Part shown: one piece after another, positions 52,191-62,410 of the stretch | Position numbering within the stretch: the stretch's first letter is position 1 | How the letters are laid out: each line of letters starts with the position of its first letter | Source: Podarcis tiliguerta | Lineage: Eukaryota | Length of the DNA: 64,000 bases | Direction: 5' to 3' (one strand) | Assembly (NCBI GenBank): GCA_965153285.1 | Contig: OZ229113.1 | Notes under the pieces: model-generated | Told to the model about the DNA's origin: nothing | The model's input: only the letters and a program-made list of their open reading frames with translations | Database searches by the model: none | Made by a program: the position numbers and the translations under genes

Positions 52191-52999
52191 TGTCTTGACC
52201 AGGATTCCCTTCCCCTATGTCTCTTAGTGAGAGATTTCACAGTACTTTGGTGCTCCAACTTGTGGAACCCGGACACTGTATACTCTTTGCTGAAAATCAT
52301 CATTTATTTTTATTTGTTTAAAAATACCCATATCACACTTCTTTTTGCCAAACCTAAGGCAGCTGTTATTAATGCAAGAGAATTCTGAAAACAAACAAAA
52401 AACACAACCATCAGCAATTTTCTTGCACTAATGATTTGAAAGCAATGATTTCCTATTTGAATGACAATATTTTAAATATTTGTGTTGTTGGGCAAAAGTT
52501 GTCACTGTTCAGAGGGCCTTCTTGGTAGTGGCGCCTGCCCTGTGGAACACCCTCCCATCAGATGTGAAGGCAATAAGCAATTATCTTATTTTTATTATAA
52601 TTATAATTATTTAAACAAACAAGCAAAAGCTGGAAATGTTGAAAGTGCCTTCCCTGCCTTATTGAGCCAGAACAACATTTTTCAGATAACACTGCCATCT
52701 TATCAGAACTACATGTAAAAAAGTATATCCCCCCCCCCCTCAACTTGTTGTCTTTCCTGAACTCATTATTATGAAGTAAGAATGATTTGGAACCTGCTTG
52801 GAATCCTACACCCATTAACATTGTGATTCTGACTTTAGGGAGGCTCATTGACAGTCCCTTTCCAGATCTGTGGAACCCACTGATTTAGCTTATTTGCATA
52901 TTCCTGCTAACTATGCAGTGTGACTAAGACCTATTGGCTTTGTTCCTGCCAGCCCTGACTGTCATGAAGTAATTTATTGTATTCTATACTTCCTGAATA

Positions 53000-53366
53000 G
53001 GGACGCGGGTGGTGCTGTGGGTTAAACCACAGAGCCTAGGACTTGCCGATCAGAAAGTCAGCAGTTCGAATCCCCACGACGGGTTGAGCTCTCATTGTTC
53101 GGTCCCTGCTCCTGCCAACCTATCAGTTTGAAAGCACATCAAGTTCAAGTAGATAAATAGCTACCGCTCCGGCGGGAAGGTAAACGGCATTTCCGTGTGC
53201 TGCTCTGGTTCGCCAGATGTGGCTTAGTCATGCTGGCCCACATGACCCGGAAGCTGTCTGCGGACAAACGCCGGCTCCCTAGGCCTATAGAGTGAGATGA
53301 GCGCGCAACCCCAGAGTCGGTCACAGCTGGACCTAATGGTCAGGGTTCCCTTTACCTTTACCTTTT
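53000..53366 (+). mobile_element. Sauria (Squam1) SINE, full length
   Basis: GGGACGCGGGTGG head and (TTTACC)n tail; 14-bp TSD TATACTTCCTGAAT / TATGCTTCCTGAAT. Confidence 0.95.
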
Positions 53367-55895
53367 TATGCTTCCTGAATGCTGTTCAAAGTTGTGTCTG
53401 CCATCCTTAACCTGTCCACACTGGCTTTCTCTGATTAAGTGACTTATTTTTTTTAAAAAATTACAAGTTCTCTTAAACTGTCAAATGGGAACTTGTGTTA
53501 TTTCGATGTGGGGAAATCATATTTATGTGATGTCATTATGTCAGTTTAGTGATTCTTATACTTATTTTGAACATGATGTTGTATAGCAGAAGCTGATACT
53601 TGTGTCAGCGCAGACTATTTCAAGCTAAAGTTCATTCTGAAATGATAACTGTAGGGCCCATAAAGCAAAATATCATGTTAAAGAATGTCATGTCAGAATA
53701 CCTCTTGGGCACTTAATCAGGTCAAAAAGTAATATAATAATCTTTTTGGCTCATTTGTCTTTCCCTCCTGAAAGCAAGGACTAGTTGGAGTCTGATCAGA
53801 ATTCTGAGTCCATTAACATCTTGACAATGACTTTGGCTGATTTTTCCATTAATGCCTTACATACATTTATTCTACTTACTGGTGTACATTTAAATTCCTA
53901 CTATAATTTGAATTAGGGCTCAGTAAAAATCTAATGTCAATTTTCACAATAAAAAGGGAATGTACCCCTGTTGTCAAGGCAACTAGTCTATTACTCCCCA
54001 GTCTTGGCACACAACGAAGTGTAGAGCATACTCCAAAAGAATGACTTGGTTTGCGACGTAATCACAACTGATGGACTAAGTAGCATTGTACTTAGTAGTA
54101 CAATAAGGAGGAATAAATAAATTGGATGCTTGAGGAACTGAATTTCTGATCCTTACCACCTCCTCCTGGATCTCCCAGATAATGTCCACCTGGAACAACA
54201 TGGGGATTGGAATGTAGTTATTCTTCAGATTTCACAGATCTCCAAATTCTGTGAATTCTTGGCTCAAAAAAATGCCAAGTTGCATTAAAAATGTTTTAGG
54301 AGAAAATATTTTTTGTATTGTGTTAAGTCAAAACAATATGTGTTTCAATATGTATTTTTAATAAAAGAAAAATATGTGTGTATTTACATACTAATTTCAT
54401 GCAGAAAACATCAGTACAGAAATGGGATGGAAAACTTAATGAATGAACATATGTGAAATTGATACAGGCAAAAAATAGACTGACAAGGCCATTTCTAATT
54501 ATCATCATGTAATCATTGTTTCAATCAATTGTATGTAAATTTGCTCGGGATTCTTCTAGTTTGATCCACCCCCACATTTTTCAGTAGATATTAATTTTAT
54601 ATTTTTGTTATTAATCTTGACCATTGATTTTCTGTATTGTCTATGAGCTTTAATCATTAGTTTTCATTGCATCATCTTAATTCCTTGGCCCATTCTTCTC
54701 TGAGCAAGTGGAACAGACAGTGGCTGAGAAAGTTCAAGAGCAAGAGGCTGCATTCCTATACTCCCTTGCTTCAGAGTCCCACTGAACTCAATTGGGCTTC
54801 CTCCTAAGAAGGCACACAGAGGATTACATTTCGACTGTTGAAAATAGGAGAAAAGAAAATGGAGGAAGCCTAGGAAAAAATATGCATAGCGAGAAAAATA
54901 ATGACAGGAGGAGGATTTTGTTTGAAGATTCAAGAATATTTTTTATAACTACAAGTCTGACAATTAGCTGTTGAAATCAAATGTTGAAAATCAAATATGT
55001 ATAATCTACCCCTTCCTCCAGTCTTAGTTTTTGTTTTCCTCTTAGGGTTGTCAGATCACAGGGTCGCAGAGGCAACAGAAGTCTCTCAGTTGGCTGGATT
55101 CCCCTTTTATACAGCAGCCATGTCTCTTTCTAGATCTACTAATCCTAGGCTCCTTTGCCTTCTGCCCCTAAATCCTTCAAACCTCCCTTAGGGTGCAATC
55201 CTATCTCCACTTACCTAGGAGGAAACCTCATTACTTGATGGAATTTACTTGTGAGTCAACATACATAAGAGTACACTATTCATTTATCTTTCCTCTTCCT
55301 TCATGTCCATACCAACAATCTGAGGTTTTAGCCCAGTCCTACTTTCTCATCAGCTCCCTTATTTCTTTGTCCCTGCCACATTTGTCCCTTCCTCAAGTCT
55401 TTACCTTTCCACATTTTGTTTAGTCAGCCTCTCAGCTAGCCACCTGATCACTCTTTTAGCTGTCCTCATACAACCTCTCTGACCTTAAGTGCTACAAGGC
55501 TTCTACAGATCTCATTTTTATCCATTTTGTGTCTCCCTTCCTTCTCTTTCGGTTATTCTCTCTTCAGGTTCTTGTTTCTCAAACCATGTATCACTTGCTC
55601 CCATGCTCCATCCTGGGCTTTCTTTCTAAAGTACAGCCCACTCCTGTCATTTCTTTAGGGCAAGGTTAAATCCTATAATGCCTGACCTTGGTCATACTTG
55701 CTGGAACAAGCATAAGCCCAACAACCACTGGAAGGTCACTGCTTCCCCATCCCTGTAGTAGCAAAACTGATGACTTTATTTTCCTTCACTGAAGCTGAGC
55801 TGGGTGGAAACTACACACATATAAAAACCGTTCTGAAAATGTTTTTTTTTTAAAGCGTTTTTAAAAATACACTGAATTTTCCATAAGGCTCACCA

Positions 55896-55909
55896 TCGCC
55901 ATCTAGTGT
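55896..55909 (-). promoter_or_regulatory. CTCF-like motif, probably repeat-borne
   Basis: Reverse complement ACACTAGATGGCGA. Confidence 0.35.
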
Positions 55910-57560
55910 CACATTGTATATTGCACTTAAAACATTTTATTTGTATTTCTGAGTCCCTGAACTAGAAACATTGTAATAACTTTGGGTCAAACTACGCACT
56001 ACATTCAGTGCTTTTCTTTTTTGCATTTAACATGATTGTTTGATAGAAAACAAACAAAATAGGTGTAGGGACTTTGGAAGACGGCAAGTGGTTTAACCCT
56101 TTCCTTTCTCACCATGACTCCACTGAAAATCCCAATGGGAGCAAATGGCAGGAGAGGGGATTTTTGTTGAGACTGTGTCAAGCAGGGAAGCCAACCTTTC
56201 CTGCAACAGTCCCAATCAGGCATGGCCACACCTACTGGTTTGTTGCTGTTGTTGTTAAGGTGAATTGCAAAAATACATGTAATGCCAAATGTAGTTATAA
56301 ACTTCATAAGTATTTCATTCCATCATTGTAGCTCAGCCAGATGGAACTGGAAGGTTCTCTGACACAAGTACAGTACAATATTGAAGCCTAGCCAGTCCAT
56401 GACAGAGGTGTTGCTATGGCATGGCCAGTGCACTCCAGCCTGTCAGCATCTCCACGGCTCCTTTTCCTGTTAAGGACTTACTTTTCAGCTCCTCCTCACC
56501 CCATGTAAAATGATGGATGAAATCAGACTTAAATTTAGTGTTAATTCACCACAGGTCTTACTCGTTTTCAGTTCACATCCTTCTTAGGGTAAAATTTGAA
56601 ATTCTAAATTGCAAAAAGCATTTGTTTTCCATTGGTATTACTTTCAAGTAATATTTTATCTTAAGGAAGTTCATAGCTGTATACTTAAAGAACTTCAGCT
56701 GTAAGTTTTTGGCTTGTATATCACAAACTGTATACATCTGTGTCTAGCCCTCCTTCCACACATTATCTGCATGTTCACGCCGATCCGAGTAGGAATCACA
56801 ACACACACAGAAGCAGTCTTTCATGCCATACATACATAATTGGATGAGGAGCCAGATGCATATGTGTTTATTAATGAATTAATTTAAAATATTGCTTAAT
56901 GCCAAGATGACTTCTAAGAAGTTTCCAAAACATGAATTCCAGTTGTATGACATTGGTAACAATACATAATAGTTAAAATGAGAACTTCATTAAAATACAT
57001 TGAAATAGTCCAATTAAAACTTTAAAATGTAAGCATCCATCAAAAAATATGCAGTGAAACAATTCCCTTAGAAACAGCCCAGAAATTTTAAAAGGAGACT
57101 TGGGGCAAGAGGTCAAGGGAAAGTGAGGGGGTTGCCAGTTCAGATGGATCCTCTCATGTCAGCAGGAGGTACTTTCCCCGACACTGGTGCCACCAGTAAA
57201 AAAGCCCGCTTCCATGTCCCCACAGGCCATTCCCCAACCTTATATTATATTTTTGACCTTCACTCGTGTTTCCACTCTTATGTAACCCAAACAGCAGCAT
57301 CTACATGCAGCAGATTTGGAGTATATACAAAGTTTGCAGACGCACATAATAATTTTAAGCAGAACAATCCATAAGCCAGCGACCCATGTCCCAAAGTAGG
57401 ACTGGTCCTAACTTGCCTTCAGGTGTGCTACTAGCTACCATGTAGACTTAAATCATAACAAAGTCTTGATTTCGTATTAAAATATCAAAGCACATTAAAT
57501 CCGTTGTTTATTTGAGTTATTTGGTGACTCTGCTTACCTGAATTCATTTCACTTCTTTAG

Positions 57561-57624
57561 ATGTCTGGGTGCCTTGAATACATTTTTTAAAAGAACTAGA
57601 TTTCTGCCATTTCAGAAACTGGAG
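57561..57624 (+). other. Candidate 64-nt exon (or 9-nt microexon 57616-57624)
   Basis: Acceptor TTCATTTCACTTCTTTAG| and donor GAG|GTAAGC; second acceptor TTTCTGCCATTTCAG| at 57615. Confidence 0.45.
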
Positions 57625-57899
57625 GTAAGCTCATAATACCTTTATTTTAAAGTATAAATACAATAAAAAATATATGTGGAGCGGTGGCAACTTCACACTA
57701 TGTTGTCCTCAGGCAAGTCACATTCAGTGGGCTTTTTAGACTGCACAGTGAAGGGCATGCTAATGGGGAAGCCCTTCATGATCTCTGGCCTTCTTGCTAA
57801 GCTAGCTAGTTATTGAGATCAACTATTCTGGTATCAGGGTGGAGTCTGGAAATGAAGCCTGCTGTGCAAGAGAAAGGAGCTAAGAGCAGACCCAGAACT

Positions 57900-58062
57900 T
57901 TTGTTTGTTTGTTTGTTTGCATTTTTTAATTCCACCTTTCGTTCATCTTGTACCCAAGCTGGTGTACAGATGTTTCCCAGACAGCTGTGCATCCAGTCAT
58001 TGTCCACACGCTAACCTGCTTAGCTTCAACGAGATGGTGGCCTCCTGTGCCTTCAGACCATA
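57900..58062 (-). mobile_element. 5S rRNA-derived SINE with (AAAC)n tail
   Basis: Reverse complement TATGGTCTGAAGGCACAGGAGGCCACCATCTCGTTGAAGCTAAGCAGG..TGGATG..CTGGGAA..AAAGGTGGAATT(AAAC)n. Confidence 0.7.
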
Positions 58063-58132
58063 TCTATGATGTGGCACCAGCAAACAGAGCCCAGTGGTTT
58101 TCGTGGTCTAGGAATCGGGCCTTATAGCATTT

Positions 58133-58454
58133 CATACCCTCCAACATTTATCCAATGAAAATAGGGATGTCCCATTTCATGATAATAATTTTACTATTTA
58201 CACCCCATACATCTTACTGAATTGTCCCAGCCACTCTGGGCAGCTTCCAACATCTATAAAAACATTAATCATTAAAAAACTTCCCTATACAGGATTGCCT
58301 GGGGGGGTCGGATAACTCCATACCCTCCAACATTTATCCAGTGAAAATAGGGACATCCTAAGGGAAAGTGAGACATTCTGAGATCAAATCAGAAATCAGG
58401 ATGGCTTCTCTAAAACAGGGACATCCCTGGAAAATAGGACAGTTGGAGGGTCTG
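58133..58454. mobile_element. Composite hAT-like MITE with duplicated left end
   Basis: CATACCCTCCAACATTTATCCA at 58133 and again at 58319; right end TTGGAGGGTCTG; flanks GCATTT / GTATTT. Confidence 0.8.
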
Positions 58455-58665
58455 GTATTTACTTAATTATTTAGGAATTTATAAGCCAAACTTGCATACA
58501 AAATATAACAAGGCAGAATACAACATATAAAAACAAGTCTGAGCCAGATTTTACTGCTGGTTAGCTACCAAGCCAATTTTTAGGTGTTAGTTTTGGTCTG
58601 TGAAGCCCTACACAGCTCTGGTAGTGACCCTATCATGGACTAGTTTACATGTAGTTATGGTAGTA

Positions 58666-58919
58666 CAGTCATACCTCGGGTTGAAGTAGCTTCGGGTTGA
58701 GCATTTTTGGGTTGCACTCCGCAAAGACCCGGAAGTAACAGAGTGTGTTACTTCCTGGTTTCGCAGCTCGCGCATGTGCAGATGCTCAAAATCACGACAT
58801 GCACGGAAGCTGTGAATCGTGACCCGCGCATGCGTAGATGCGCAGACGCGGGTTGCATTCGCTTCCGGATGCGAACGGGGCTCCGGAACGGATCCCGTTT
58901 GTATCCACAGGTACCACTG
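58666..58919. mobile_element. CpG-rich Tc1/pogo (Tigger-like) MITE, second subfamily
   Basis: TA-CAGTCATACCTCGGGTT...AGGTACCACTG-TA. Confidence 0.85.
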
Positions 58920-59464
58920 TATTCATAAAGGCACATACAAGTGCTAAATGCATACCATACTATTTTATTGTATTAATTTTCAAGAGCTAGACTGAAGAAC
59001 TTCCTTGCTTTCTTTTGGCTTGCTGATGTTTATAGCTGTTATTTTGGATATGCTGATATTAGTTTTCATAACCATGATGAGTATGCAATATACATCTAAA
59101 ATTGTCAATTCTCATATGTTTTAAATTTTGGCATCATCACAGAACTCTTGAATTGATGTCTGTAGGCTGGGATGTGTTACATTCAAGGTTCACGGACCCA
59201 TTATGGTGATGAAATATTTCCACATGTAGTTGAAACTGTAACTCATTAATATTCAATAAAATAAAATAAAATACTATAAATGTACCACATGCTTGATTTA
59301 AGGTTAGCTATGAGTGCATAGCTTGATCTACATTAGCTAGTCATGCTCCAGAAACAGTTCTGAAGGTTAAAATCAATTTTGTCTTGCTACAGTTTCAAAC
59401 ACAAAGAATACCATTGTTTTCTTCACATGTGGCAACCATTTGCGTTTATATTAAGTTGAAGTGA

Positions 59465-59478
59465 CTGCCATCTAGTGG
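59465..59478 (-). promoter_or_regulatory. CTCF consensus motif
   Basis: Reverse complement CCACTAGATGGCAG is a perfect match to CCASYAGRKGGCRS, in apparently unique sequence. Confidence 0.6.
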
Positions 59479-60207
59479 TCCAAAGAAATTTTAGTCTTTG
59501 CAACTGAAAACAGCAGTAAGACCTCACAGACATCAGTTCTCATATAGAATGTGAGAGATACTGTGTATCATCTGGCTGATGTTTGAAGAATAGCATTGGA
59601 AGAATAGCTACATTCCTGCAAAAATCTGTGTGTAAACACACACACACCTTCATCACAAAATATATTTCTGGAATACAGTATATTTCTGCTAGGAAAGGGA
59701 TTTGGTGTATTGATGTGTTATGAGAGAAATTCCCATGAAAGCAGAAGGAAGCTTCATTTTAAAAACAACAACTGCAAGCTGTGGAAGGAAAAGAGATGAG
59801 AAGGTGAAAGGCAAGGGCTTATGGAAGAAATTAAGAAAATGAAGTTTGTTTTTAATATAGCCTGGTGTGTTAGATTCAGACTACAAAAAGCAGCTAGTGT
59901 GGTTACAGTTATATAGAGTGTCTGGCCTGCAGGGCATAATAAATGGAACTCTTATTTATAGTTTATGTCAAAGGAAGTAGCCTAAAGATGCAAAGCCAAA
60001 AGAAACACTGCTCTTCTGCTAAAGTTCGATTTAGGAGTTGATATTATCCATGGATAATGGATGTTGTTAAAGAATCATATAAGGATACCTATAATATCTA
60101 CTCAGCTGTATGTCTAATTGAGTTCAATGGGACTTACTTCCAGGTATGTGAATATTGTATCATAGCCTTAGAACACACACATCAATACCAGAAGCCAGAT
60201 GGATATT

Positions 60208-60420
60208 TAAGAACATAAGAAGATCCCTTCTGAATCAGACCAAAGCCCATCTAGACTAGCATTCTGTTCTCACGGGGGTCAACCAGATGCCCAAGGGAAG
60301 CCTGCAAGCAGGACTGTACCCTCTCCACTTGTGATTCACAACAACTGCTATTCAGAGGCATATTACCTTGATAGCTGACATGCTAGATAGCCATCATGGC
60401 TAGTAGCCATTGAAAGCCTT
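60208..60420 (-). mobile_element. CR1 LINE 3' end
   Basis: TAAGAACATAAGAAGA..TCAGACCAAAGCCCATCTAG..GATAGCCATCATGGCTAGTAGCCATTGA. Confidence 0.75.
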
Positions 60421-60439
60421 AGGATGCATCAATAGTTAT

Positions 60440-60560
60440 GGGTTGCGCAGCTCAGTGGGAGAGCAATTGCTTTGCATCCAATAAGTCCTAGGCTCAATCC
60501 CTGGCATCTTCAGTCAGCACTGCGAAAGACATGGGCAGCTGCTACCAGTAAGCATAGATC
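60440..60560 (+). mobile_element. Squam3-like SINE
   Basis: CAGCTCAGTGGGAGAGCA..GCTTTGCA..GGCTCAATCCCTGGCATCT. Confidence 0.65.
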
Positions 60561-60957
60561 AAGGATGACTAATTCATAGCCCTCCAGATGATACTGGACT
60601 TATAAATCCCATCATTCTATTGACCTATTTAGTTCACTTGGAAACTTGAGTTTTGTTAAGTCACAAAGGGAAGGGGCATAGTTGTTTGCACTGACCTCCT
60701 CATCCTGTTTCTGAACTTGCTCAGTTGCTTTACTCACATGATACATTGATGCTTTGTCACTAGGACTTTCTGGGAGTGGGCTCCCACATATTTTGTTCCA
60801 CATTTCTAGCACTGGCCAGTTTTTCCCAGGTTCTGTTGCAGCCAGTTAGAGCAGAAGGAGCTCATCTGAAAAACACAGGTAGTAAATAATAGTAAGTAGG
60901 GATTTGAAAGACGGAGGGACTTTAAAAAGTTTAGCTCCCTTAGAAATGTTTTTTTTT

Positions 60958-61028
60958 GGGGGGGTGGAGGGAGTGGGGAGTGGGGAGTGGGGGGTGGATG
61001 GAGTTTGGGGGTGGTGGATGGAGTGGGG
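60958..61028 (+). repeat. G-rich (GGGGAGT)n-like tract, potential G-quadruplex
   Basis: At least six G3-G5 runs with short loops. Confidence 0.7.
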
Positions 61029-62247
61029 ATTAACTTCCTGTGAAGATTTTCTTTTAAAATTGAAACTCACTTTTAACTGATTTAATACTGAACTGAAATC
61101 TGAAACTTGGACTTTGTCAGAGGCCTATGTTATTGGCCATGTTTGCTGTGACTTGTCGGAGTCAGAGATAAACAACACCTGGAAGGCCACAGATGTTTAA
61201 CCCAACCTTGGTGTAGGTAATACTGACATAGAAGGACTTATGATGTGACTCGGTATAAGATGACTTCTGTTTGATTGGGAACAAGATTGAAATATTAGTT
61301 ACAGCAAATTATTGATGGCTTGTTGTACCAAGTTTCTTGTGACAAGTTCCTTAATGTTGTAGTAAATGTGCAGTGATGTTAGTTTGGAAAGTTTCCTTCA
61401 GACTCTGCAGTTTCACAATTGTATTAAAGTCCTTTCCCTCTTCTGAACATGTATTAAATTATATTTTGGGGAATGCTTAATTAAGTACATTATCTAGAGA
61501 GTACAGGTTCATGCCCTGTGTCTGCAACAGATTGATTTCCAGAGAGAACCTGTGTCAGGTGATTCAACAGTCTACTTTATAAATTGGCTAACTGAGTTGC
61601 TCGGTCAGGCAGCCACTCCTCTTGGACAATAAGACCTAGTGATCTATTTTATGAGATCCTTTCAAATGAAGTGTGAAAGATGAATATTATTTTTTCCAAG
61701 AAGAAGTTAAGCAAAATAAATGGAGGAGAATCACTTATCTGTTCTCCATCCAGGTAGTTTTCAGCAGAAGCAAAAACTACATTCCCAAATTCTGTCAGCT
61801 TCATAATGTAAGACTACATCTCATCCATTTGAAAATGAATGTCATACTTTTATCCAAATACCTTTAAATGGCGCAATTTGTCATCGAACTACATTGACTT
61901 GAAAGTAATTAAAGGCTATGAAATGAATAGCTTTACTGGGGATTTGTTTGGATAGAAAAGCCATATGGATATAAAGTTTACATTTTAAGCATACTGAACC
62001 TTTTAGTAACTCCAGGATTATTTTTTCTGGCAAAAATGCAAATATGTGTGGCAATTTTATACCTCATTCATAGCTAACACTGACTGCTCCTGCAACACCT
62101 GAAGAAGCACACCTAGGTTTGAATTGCTGGGGAAATTCTAGCAGGAGAGATATTTCTACAAGATCTCTGGATGTCCCACAGCAAAGAAGAATGGCAGGGC
62201 ATTCCTTAAGGGGGAAAGTTGTTGATTTGGCACATCCTGACATTGTT

Positions 62248-62410
62248 TAAAGGTAAAGGGACCCCTGACCATTAGGTCCAGTCGTGACCAATTCTGGGGT
62301 TGCGGCGCTCATCTCGCTTTACTGGCCGAGGGAGCCAGCATACAGCTTCCAGGCCAGCATGACTAAGCCGCTTCTGGTGAACCAGAGCAGTGCACGGAAA
62401 CGCTGTTTAC
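62248..62410 (-). mobile_element. 5'-truncated Sauria (Squam1) SINE
   Basis: AAAGGTAAAGGGACCCCTGACCATTAGGTCCAGTCG...GCACGGAAACGCTGTTTAC is the 3' half in reverse complement. Confidence 0.9.
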
